Assembly: GCF_018977255.1 (NCBI RefSeq)
Contig: NW_024704742.1
Coordinates: forward strand, 23,562,001-23,626,000
Direction of reading: 5' to 3'
Source of the DNA: Callorhinchus milii
Lineage: Eukaryota
Length of the DNA stretch: 64,000 bases
Part shown: piece after piece, positions 52,701 to 63,230 of the stretch
Layout: each line of letters starts with the position of its first letter
Numbering within the stretch: the first letter of the stretch is position 1
Notes under the pieces: model-generated
What the model was told of the DNA's origin: nothing
The model's input: only the letters and a program-made list of their open reading frames with translations
The model's database searches: none
Made by a program: the position numbers and the translations under genes

Positions 52701-53371
52701 CCTAAATTAATGATCATTAATGCAAAATTTATGAGGAAAAGTGGGTTGATACTTGGGAAGTTCTATGACTGGGAAACGTATGAATTATTACAGAAAGAAT
52801 ACAGTGTTCAATTTCCCTGGGGATTCAAATGAGACAACTGAAGCAAAGGGCATGGTCACTTAGTATGGATTCATACCAATCATGTGAAGCATCAAAACAA
52901 ACTAGTTTCATGCATCTCTGAAACAATTAGTTTAGCAACATGTGAATATAGATCTACACAAGTAATTCCCCAGACTATCTTTCAAATGTAACGGTGATTT
53001 GATAGGTATGTCAATTGTAACAGCACTTGCATCAACAAGTGTGAAGCAATGAGGGAGGTTATTCCAAAGGTATGCTTTGCCTCAAAAAAATTCAAATTTA
53101 TCTAAAATTGCACTTTAAAATGTCTGAAATTATAAATTTGCAAATATTTTGATTAGATTATCTATTTGGAGAAAATGGCACTTGTACACGTGCAGTCTCA
53201 TTAGTACGAAATTGTGTCAGAATCAGTCAAAAGAAAATTGCTTTAAAATTACACAGTAAATGGAATACAGGTCTAATATATTTATTCAATGAGACTTAAA
53301 AGTGTCATGTCACTTTTTTAATATATGGAATTAAACCTTCACTTTTCTTCTTCTGGTTATATATTAAGCTA

Positions 53372-53471
53372 CTGACCTAAGCAAGGTCAGATATGAATGA
53401 TTTTGAAAAAGTAACCATTCTTAATTACTAATCTTGGTCGGATCAGTCATATTTGACCTTGCTTAGGTCAG
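53372..53471. repeat. 100-bp inverted repeat (hairpin)
   Basis: ctgacctaagcaaggtca (53372-53389) pairs perfectly with tgaccttgcttaggtcag (53454-53471); 30-bp arms have 2 mismatches. Confidence 0.9.
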
Positions 53472-53576
53472 CCACTCACTACAAATATAAAACAGGGGAG
53501 TTCCATTCTTCAACTTAATGAGCATGAGCAAAATTCATTTTTCAGAAAAGTGTTTCACCCATTCTTTCATACTCAC

Positions 53577-53730
53577 TGTCGTAGATGTAGCTGCAGACAG
53601 AAGTGGGAGGATCCCACCACAGGCCATTATGATATTATCTACCACCTGAGAGATGAGGTGAATAGTATTATGGACAAAGATGATGTTTTCACTGCTGTTC
53701 ACAAAATCCATCACTGTCTTTGTGTTGTGG
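53577..53730 (-). CDS. LRBA: LRBA exon 3 of 12 (154 nt, phase 2/0)
   Basis: Acceptor ttgagcag|C CAC; donor ACG ACA|gtgagt. Encodes [52 protein letters not shown]. Confidence 0.96.
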
Positions 53731-53966
53731 CTGCTCAAGGAGGCAAAACGTATACATGCAATATATTTAAAAATCAATTCACACATCTCGATACATATAC
53801 AGCTGACAATTTATAAAATTGAAATATAAAAATTTGTAATGTGAAAATGTTTAACTCCACTTCAACAGAAAATAAAAATTGGAAGATATGAAAGCTCTAT
53901 GGAATCAAATAAGGTACAAACTCTCACAAAAGACAATGAGGTACAGTAGGAACACATATAACCCAC

Positions 53967-54148
53967 CTTCTCCACATCTGCACATCTGTCTCGATGGAGA
54001 ACAACAAGTCATTAAGCAAACGCTGGTGCATGTGGGACCATTTAAATTCAGGAATACGAAATATAGCAGAGCGTGCTGAAGGATTAGATCCTCTTCTCTG
54101 TCCATCAGACAGAGTGCCTTGCTGATTACTAGGCTCCAACTGTGATAC
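53967..54148 (-). CDS. LRBA: LRBA exon 2 of 12 (182 nt, phase 0/2)
   Basis: Acceptor ctgcccag|GTA TCA; donor TGG AGA AG|gtgggt. Encodes ...FRIPEFKWSHMHQRLLNDLLFSIETDVQMWR (LRBA-type FSIETD.QMWR). Confidence 0.95.
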
Positions 54149-54497
54149 CTGGGCAGAGCAAAAAGATTAACACATTCAAGCGAGATCATGCTGCAACATT
54201 CATCATTGAAGATTTGGTTTCAAAAAGAAATCAAGCGACATGGCTAAGAAACCCCAGGAAATATATCACTAGAAATATTCTGCTACATATCAATTATGAA
54301 AAGTGAAAATAACAGAACCAGAACTCTGTGTAATGCCACTAAGCACTGTACCGCAAAATGAGCCTTTCAGTTTATTACCACCCCTCAAGCCAGTTTTCGA
54401 AGCAGTTGTCTTACTTCCACAGGTCTTGAAAGGAAAGTTTAGTGGATGTTCAAAGACTCTTCCAAGCTTCAGATTTTTAAATCCCGCCCCACCCCCA

Positions 54498-56320
54498 ATA
54501 AAATTATATTTGTAAAGCGCCTTTCACACTGGGAGGACATCCCAAAGTGCTGAACAGTCAAGGATCAGGACTCAAGCATGGGGGGGCACGGTTGGGTTGA
54601 GGGAGGGCAGGGGGAGCTAGGAGGGCAGCTGAAGGCACAGTCAAAAAGGAGGGTCTTGAGTCATGCCTTGAAGGAGACAAGAGAGTGAGCAAGGTGAAGG
54701 AATTGTGGGATGGAGTTCCAAAGAGTGGGGCAAACAGGCTGAAAGCCCGGCCACCGATGGTAGCAGGCCAGAGCCTGCTGAGCGGAGGGAGCGGACAGGT
54801 TGCTGGGGGTCATCAGTTCAGAGATGTAAGAGAGGGCAAAGCTATGGAGGGCCTTGAAAGTGAGGTTGAGGATTTGGGATTCTGTCCTCTCAGGAATGGG
54901 GAGCCGGTGGAGCCGGGTGAGGGTGGGGGTAATGGGGTCACAGAGCCTGGTGCGGGAGAGGACATGAGCTGCAGAGTTCTGGATAATCTGCAGCTTGTGG
55001 AGGGAAGAGTTGGGGAGGCCAACAACGAGGGAGTTTCCGTAGTCGAGCCTTGTGGTGACAAATTGAGGGTTTTGGCGGCCTGAGGGGTGAGGCAGTGGCG
55101 GAGTTGGGCAATGTTGCAGAGGTGAGGGAAGGCAGAGCGGGTCATGGCACGAATATGGGGGAGAAAGGACAGCTGAGGGTCGAACAAGACACCCAGGTTC
55201 CTAACTGGCCTGATGAGGTGGATGCTGACTGTGCCTGAGGTGCTGAGGCACTGGCGCAAGCCATTCAAGAGGGCCTCAGTCTTGCTGGCATTCAGCTGTA
55301 GAAAGTTGGCTCTCATCCAGGACTTAATGTCAGTCAGTCTGTCAACACGTCAGTTGTTCTGGAATCGAAATGGAGGCAGAAAGGGTTGTTTGTCATCCGC
55401 GTACATGTGGAAATTGACCCCATGTCGTGGATGATGTCACGAAGAGGGAGCGTATAGAGGCTGAAGAGGAGGGGACCAAGACAGAGCCCCGAGGAACACC
55501 ATACAGGGGCTGGAAGAGAAACTGTTGACAGAGACAAATTGGAGGTGGTGTGAGAGATAAGATCTGAACCATTCAAGGTCAGAACCTTGAAGGTTGAGGT
55601 GAGAGGAGAGGCGATGGAGGAGGATGGAGTGGTCCACAATATCGAAGGCATCGGAGAGGTTGATGAGGACGAGGAGGCAGAGGAAGCCCAGTCACACATG
55701 GACAAAATGTCATTTGTCACATTGACTAGTGCAGTGAACAGCATGGAAACCAGATTGGAGGGACTCTTGAAGGGAGTTGTAGGAGAGGAATGAGCGAAGC
55801 TGGGAAGCAACGACTCTTTCAAGGACCTTCAAAAGAAAAGGGAGGTTGGAGATGAGCCAGTAGTTAGAAAGCAAGGATGGGTCCAGGGAAGGTTTTTTCA
55901 GAATGGGGGTGATTGTAGCTGTTTTTAGGGGGATGGGAACGGTACCAGATGATAGGGAGAGACTGATGGTGTCAGAGAGTAGAGGGGCGAGGAGGTGGAG
56001 CTGGGAGGTAAGGAGAGGGGTGGGGATGGGTTCAAGGGACCAGGTGGGGTGTTTCATGTTGGATATAGTGGTGATGAGAGAGGAGGAGGAGACAGGTTCA
56101 AAAATGTGGAGGGAGGGATGGGTAGAGGTCGGAGTGTGGGGGAGGAGATTGGGAGGGAGTGGCATTTGGGAGGGCAAAGGCAGCTGAACGGATCCCCTCG
56201 ATTTTGGACTCGAAGAAATCCAGCATCTCCTCACAGTCAGAGCTTGAGGAGAGAAGGGGTGAGACGTGGGAGGGTGGACGGAGGAGGCTTGGATTCAGAG
56301 CAGTTCAGACCCCAGAGTGA
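54498..56320 (-). mobile_element. L2 LINE, 5'-truncated (~1.8 kb), frameshifted ORF2 (RT)
   Basis: ORFs 55710..56234 (ATITPILKKPSLDP..NY..ISNLPFL.KVLERVV..LQSGF), 55437..55637 and 54813..55316 (LQLNASKTE..VRNLGVLFD); tail at 54505-54550. Confidence 0.93.
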
Positions 56321-56324
56321 AAGC

Positions 56325-56532
56325 TTGTGGGACATTGCTGTGCGCAATTGGATTGTCACATTTCCCCCATAAAATAGACAGTCAATTCACTTTACAGTCC
56401 AGCGGCTTCGGACGTCCTCCCGACGTGAAAGGCGCTATGCAAATGTAATCTTGTTGTTGTATATTCTGTGAAGCACTTTGAGACGTCTCGAAGAGGTGAT
56501 AAGGCACTATATCAATTGCAAGGATTATCATA
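56325..56532 (+). mobile_element. SINE 3' fragment with a nested ~62-bp L2 tail (56399-56460)
   Basis: SINE ...cactttacagt | ccagcggcttcggacgtcctcccgacgtgaaaggcgctatgcaaatgtaatcttgttgttgt | atattctgtgaagcac... Confidence 0.85.
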
Positions 56533-56765
56533 ATAAACATTAACAAAACAATTTCCTTATTGTTCCATTTTCAGACTGAACAAAAGAATCCTCCAAATGT
56601 TATTGAAATGCTTAATTTACATGTTGCATTTTTTTTCTTTGGACAGAGAGCACCATTCTATTTTTCTTCGCCTGCCCAATCTTGGCAAATATAAAGTTAA
56701 ATAAAATAATTTAGAATACTTATGGTAATTTTGCTTAAATGCTTGATTACAGTAAAGATTGTTAC

Positions 56766-57842
56766 CTGAATGGGAGATTTCAACACATGTGAAGATTCTC
56801 GACTTATACTTGCTCGAAGTTCTAACTTCTCAGTATCTGATGCAACACTGGACACATCGAGTCTAGCAATTTCTTTAGCAGAAGAGACTTTCAATTCTTT
56901 TGTTTTCGTGGCATTCACTTCAATATCTTTGTCTACAACACAACTGCCATGAGTGCTGGAATCACTAGAATGGCTGTCCACTTGTTTTAACGATTCAGTA
57001 CTAGTTTCTGACTGTGACTTTGATTCCTCTTTTATCGCTTTGGGCACCACTTCCTCCTCCGGTACAGAAGGAGAATGATTTGAAATTGCTTCTGAACAGC
57101 TCTCACTGCTTTTGGATTCAGAAATCAAAGTGCTGCCTTCTACAGACTCAGAAACAGCTTCCGGTTCTGTAGTGATATTCTCATTGCTACCATTTGGGCT
57201 GCCTTCATGCTGTCCATTAGCAGAGAGTTCCTTTTCAACCAGCTTTGGATCTCCTGGTCCGAACATAACATTACTTTCTTGTTTTTCTGCAGCATTTTCT
57301 ATTGTCAACGTTTTTGGATCAAGTGATTCAGAGGTAACTGATGTAATCGCCTTCAGGGAAGTCTGTCCTAAATCAGCAGCTTCTCCAGATGAAACAGTTG
57401 GACTCTCCAAACACACTTGACTTGCTTCGACTTCCTCCACTTTGGAAGTATCCTGAAACTCTAATAATTGATCTGATTTCTGACCTTCCTCAGCTTTCTT
57501 TTGTATTTCAGCACCATTAGATGGTATAACATCTGCCTTGATTTCACTTTCCGCTTCCAAAATTTTCTGTTCTTCTGTGAATTCTGTACTGATCTCATGG
57601 TTAGTTTCACTTTGCTGTTCAGACCCCATTCCCTCGTTTTCTTGTATTGGTTTGTCTTCCACCAGATTTTCAGCACAAGGTATTTGCTGAACCTCAGAAA
57701 CCTCTTTACCAGCCACGGCTCCTTGTGCACTGCTAACCCCTGAGATTGTTCTCACGTTAGAAATGTATCCTGCATGCTCATCTTGTCTTTGGTATTCTTC
57801 AAACATTCTGGCCAAGCTCTCCTTGTGCATTTCATAAGTAAC
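56766..57842 (-). CDS. LRBA: LRBA coding exon 1 of 12 in window (large acidic/Ser-rich exon, 1077 nt, phase 0/0)
   Basis: Acceptor ttttcag|GTT ACT TAT GAA; donor ATT CAG|gtaac. Translates VTYEMHKESLARMFEEYQRQ...IARLDVSSVASDTEKLELRAS...SPIQ; the end resembles LRBA IAKLDVSNVATDTERLELKAS. Within ORF 56697..57884. Confidence 0.93.
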
Positions 57843-60716
57843 CTGAAAATGTAAAAAAGATAAATAAGAAAAACAAAATGGCAAAAAAAAAAGAAAACCA
57901 CAGCCGATCCTTGAGGTTAATAAGTTCCACTGTGTATAATGCTAACCAAATTAAATCAGTGCCTAGCAAGATGCAAACTGTATATTTTTGAAATGGAGAG
58001 GAGGGAAAAGAGGTTTAATGATCATTTTAATCTTAATCTCTGTTATTTACAGAATAAACATTCAAGTGTTTCAAAGTAATTACCAGTCATAATCAGATCA
58101 GTACATGTAACAAGTCCTTACTTCAAATTGTGTTATACCAAGTAAAGCCAACATTGTTAACTATGCAGAGTAGCAGAGAATTGTTGAATTAAAATAATTG
58201 TACAAAGGACCTGCCAGTTTTTTTTTTAAAAAAGCAGCATAGACCTGCTCTTGGTAGATCTGCTTTTCATAGATCTAAATAAAATCAATACCCCCAAAAG
58301 AAAAATTTCCAAGATTATCAAACATTTCAAGCCGTACCCCCAACCCCCCAAAAGACTTCCAGTGATTTGTCTCTTCACTTCCTCAATTATAAAAAGTTAT
58401 GAAAATAAAGCAACTAAAAAGACGATACCACATATAGAAATTTTGTACAACATAGTGTTAAAAAAGTGAAAAAGGTAATGTTTTAAAATTGCCTGGTTTA
58501 TTTGGAGAAATCATGTGTTGTGCAGTTTAGTATATAATTTAGAATATTGATATCCTTTTTACACTGCTGGTTACAGCAAGACAAATCGTGTGCATGCAGA
58601 AGCAAACTTGTTAGCTCTCTCTCCTCCCAACCCATTGGAAACAGAAATAACCAGACAATACTGAGCAGATGGAAAATGCTGCAAGATTGCAACCATCCCA
58701 ACATGAATCTACCCATGATGGGATAAATAGGTCCAAATCACTATTTATACTGAGAAACAAATGTCAAAGTTTGGGTCAGGTCCAAAAAACAAATAGATTA
58801 GTTATTTCAATGTTACTTTTATGTTTTCCTCTTTTCTTTCTTTCATTGAATAATACATGAGCTATTTTATCAAAACATTCCAGGTCAGAAATATACTTTC
58901 ATTATTCCATGTTACAACTGCAATACAATCAGTATTTTTTTTACCCTTTTGATTGAAGGATTTATGCTATCATTAAGTTAGATTTGAAAACAGACATGAT
59001 TATTTAAATAAAACTTGAAAACATCTACAGAACAATTGGTCATCCATCCACTATCGTTCTATTAGTACCACCAATCAAAAAACTGTAGATAGTCATCATG
59101 ATTAAAAAGCATAATGCAGCACCATTAGAACCTATGTGTTTTCCCCATGAGAATTGGGATGGGAGGAGGGGGGGGGAATTAAAAGAAATGTACATACATG
59201 AGGCTGAAGGACACAAAATCAGTCCATGGAAGGAAAATCTTAACTAGTTTGCATTGCTTTCTTTTTCCTGGAGGCTTAACAGTAAAAGCAGATAATTTGC
59301 AATTAATTAGCAGATATTGTTCTAAATTAGCCAGCTACAAGGGTAGTCATTAATCTTCCCAATCACTTGATTATTAATCCATAGCTGTTTGCACAGTGTA
59401 GACTGCTATTGAAAGTATCATTCCAACACTCAGAATCTTCTGGTGCTCCATTACTCCCAACTTAATTTACATTAAACATTTACTAATTAACAGAAAAGGT
59501 GGTTTAAATTACGCAAGTGTTTTTAATTAGATTTTTTTAAATAATGTGTTTGTAATTTATTCTGTGTTAATATGATGCCTTCGCTTTCCAGATTTTACTA
59601 ATTATATATGTTTAAAAATGATTTACAGGTGTCCGAAGGGCAGCAGCAACAGAGAATGGCAAGTCACGGACGGATCTGTACACGTGGTTTGCTCACAATT
59701 CTGAACTATTGATCCTAACCATGATCCCATTACAACTCCTGAATCAGCATGCTAAGTGTATAATTATCAGCACAACTTTTAAAAATTCCAAATGAATAAA
59801 ATACATGGTTTAAACTACTGTAGTCTAATTCTAAACATACAAAATGTAGATGTTTTTGTTGACCTTGAACATCCACAAAACACACAGTCACTCCACTTTA
59901 CAGTAAATCCTGTGAAATGCTTTGGGACCTTCTGCCGAAGTGAAAGGTGCTATGTCAAATGTAAGTAATATTTTTCAAATGCTAGCATATTTTGGAGGAG
60001 ACCTTCCAGCATTTAAGTTTAGAAATATTTCAGTGAAAAAAGGCCGCACAATTACTTTAGTTGATGACTTAGCCTTCATATACTTGTTGAAACTATCGGT
60101 CACATGAGTGGCTGGGGAAGGAAGGATATTACATCAATAACCTTACACAACACAATTTCCTAGGTTAGAAGGTTAGAGATGGATCACGTTCATTGAGATC
60201 GATCAAGTAGCAGTTACTGAATACAGCTTTTTATAAAAAATGTTAAATGCAAAACAAACTCAACTCTTGAGACACGGGAGGGGGAGAAAGAGGGGGGATA
60301 CTTGTTGGTTAATGTGTTACATTAGTCTCATCCAGATGAGATTAAAAAAAATTATGCAGCAAAAAGTTTTTTTTATATAGTTTTTTTGTTCAGAACAACT
60401 TCATTCTTGGATGGCACAGTTCTTGACAATTTTAAACACGTCAGAACAATCCAATGAAATTTTGCCTTGTGCATGTTTGGGGAATTTAAATTAGGATGGC
60501 ATATCACATTGAAACACTTAAATGATGCCACACAGATACATTCTCAAATTTCCCACACCACTGAGTTTCTAATCTAAATTGCAAATCAGTGCGCCTAACC
60601 TGGGTGATTTCCCCTCAAGGAAGGAAAAGATGTAAGAATCCCTAAACTATACCTGCACATATTCCAGTATCTGGAAAAAAAATCCCCCCCCCCCCACCAC
60701 TGCTTTGGAGTCATCG

Positions 60717-61030
60717 TGGAGTCTTGTAGCTCAGTGGTTAGAGCACTCGCTTTGCAAGCGAGAGACCTGAGTTCAATTCCAGGCAGAGGGCGAAACCTTG
60801 GGCAAGTTTCCTTACTCCACACACCTAATAGTAATCCCTCCAAAACCAAAAACAATAATAAATTGGTCATTTTCAATCTACGACTGTTTGTGTGACATTA
60901 CTGTGCGCAATTGGCTGCCACGTTCGCCCACAAATATACAGTCAATTCACTTTACAGTGTGTTCTGTGAAGCGCTTTGGGACGTCCTCCCGACGTGAAAA
61001 GTGCTATATCAAATGCAAGGATTATTATTA
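60717..61030 (+). mobile_element. tRNA(Ala)-derived SINE, full length, intact Pol III boxes
   Basis: A box tagctcagtgg; anticodon arm ctcgc-tttgcaa-gcgag (TGC); B box gttcaattcc; L2-type tail. Confidence 0.93.
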
Positions 61031-63230
61031 TCTGAACTCCTACCCCTCTGGGCTTCCTCCCGCAATGACCTATCCTCCTCGGTCACTCTTCTCCACAATT
61101 CTTTCTCCACCACTCTCGATGCCCTTGCTCCCCTCGCTTCTCGAACCATCTCCTATTCATGGAGGTCACCCTGGTAAACCAGCCACCTCCGCTGCCTTAA
61201 GCCATAGGTGTTTGCCGCTGAACGCACCTGGCTCAAATCCAACTTAACAGTCCATCTGGAGATCTGGCTGGACCTTATCAAATCTAACCACTCTACCCTC
61301 ACCTCCACTAAATCATCCTTCTACTGCCAAGATAATCTTGGAGGCCAAGGACAACCCTAGGCTCCTCTTCTCCATCACCAACCAGCTCCTCTGCCTACAC
61401 TCTCACACCTCACCCATCCTCTCCTCCAATGCTAACTGTGAGGAGATGCTAGACTTCCTCAAAACCAAAGTCCAGGGGATCCGCTCAGCCTCCTCTGCCC
61501 TTACGATCACTACCCCGTCCCCATCTCCCGTTCACACCATGGCCATTATCCATCTCTCCCTCCACACCTTTGAGCCTGTCTCCCTCTCCTCTCACCACCA
61601 CAATAACCCACATAAAACTGACCACCTGCTCCCACGACCCCATCTCTATCTCTCTCCTTACCCCAGCATCACCTCCTTGCTCCCCTACTCACAGATATCA
61701 TAAACCTCTCCCTGTCCACTGGCACAGTTTCCACTGTTTTAAAAATGGCCGTCATCACTCCTATCTTTAAAAAAAAACCTTCGCTGGACTCATCACTGCT
61801 CTCAAACTACCCAAACTACCAACCCATCTCCAACTTCCTTTTCCAAGGTGAGTCGTTGCTTCCCAGCTTCGCTCTTTTCTCTACCGCCACTCCCTTCAAA
61901 AACTCCTCCAATCGGGTTTCCGTGCCACCCACAGCACAGAAACAGCTTTGGTTGAAGTGACAAATCACATTATGTCCATCTGCGACCAGAGCTCCCTCTG
62001 CCTCCTCATCCTCCTTGACATCTGCTGCTTTCGATACCGTTGACCACTCTATCCTCCACCACCTCTCCTCTCACCTCAACCTTCATGGTTCTGTCCTTGA
62101 ATGGTTAAGATCGGACCTCTCACATCGTCACCACCTCATCTCCACAAATGGCTTCTCCTCTAGCCCCCACACCTTCTCGTGCGGAGTTCCTCAGGGCTCT
62201 GCTCTGGGTCCCCTTCTCTTCAATATCTTCATGCTCCCTCTTGGTGTTATCATCCGCAGACATGGGGTCAACTTCCACATGTATGCAGATGACACCCAAC
62301 TCTATCTCCCTGCCTCCACCCTTGACTCCAGGACCACTGCTGTCCTGACAGAATATCTGCCAGACATCACATCCTGGATGAGAGCTAACTTTCTACAGTT
62401 GAACGTCAACAAAACCTAGGCTCTCCTGACTGGCTCCCATCAGCATCTCCACACCTCCAACACTAACAGCATCATCATCCAAGGATGCACACTCCACCTT
62501 GCTAAGCCAGTCTGGAACCTTGGCATCTTGTTTGACCCTCAACTATCCTTTCTATCCCACATCCGTGCCATGACCCACTCTGCCTTCGCCCACCTCCGCA
62601 ACTTCGCCCGGCTCCACCACTGTCTCCCACTGCAGGCTGCCGAAACCCTCATACACACATTCATAATATCCAGGCTCAAATACGCAAACTCCCTGGTTGT
62701 CGACCTCCCCAACTCTTCCATCCATAGGCTGCAGAACATCCAGAACTCTGCAGCCGTGTCCTCTCCCACACTAAGCTTCGCAACCCTATCACTCCGATCC
62801 TCACTCAACTCCACTGGCTTCCCATCACACAGAGGATACAGTTCAAGATCCTGGTCCTCACTTTCGAAGCACTCCATGGCCTCCCTACCTCTGTGCCTCC
62901 TAACCCCCTACCATCCTGCCCGCTCAGTGGGCTCTGGCCTGCTTCAGGTCCCCTGCCTCTCCCACCCAACCATTGGTAAGCAGGGCTTCTGTCACTCTGC
63001 CCCCTCCCACTGGAACTCCATCCCACAGCCCCTGTGCCTCACCCCCTCCCTTGGCTCCTTCAAGACCCGTCTCAAGACCCTCCTCTTCAACTTTACCTTC
63101 ACTTACCCTCCTTCCCCCCTGCCCTCCACCCTCACCGATCCTGACTTCCAGCTCAGGTTCACTGTCTAGCAATTTGCAATGACCTCCTGACGTGAAAGGC
63201 ACTATACAAATGTAATTTTGTTGTTGTTGG
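61031..63230 (+). mobile_element. L2 LINE, 5'-truncated (~2.2 kb), frameshifted ORF2 (RT)
   Basis: ORF 62015..62419 SAAFDTVDHSIL...GVPQGSALGPLLFNI...FHMYADDTQLY; ORF 62528..63169; tail cctgacgtgaaaggcactatacaaatgtaattttgttgttgttg. Confidence 0.95.

Noticed and set aside
17177..57842. Calling the gene NBEA
   Set aside because: LRBA-specific segments dominate ([51 protein letters not shown]), and NBEA's large-exon PKA-binding segment is not evident.
60717..60795. tRNA-Ala(TGC) gene (also 12259, 28846, 36592)
   Set aside because: The cloverleaf-like head continues into a SINE body and L2-type tail, and the T and acceptor stems are imperfect. These are SINE heads, not tRNA genes.
61031..63230. 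Active reverse-transcriptase gene or novel RT system
   Set aside because: The RT motifs belong to a 5'-truncated L2 with multiple frameshifts and stops; ordinary dead LINE copies.
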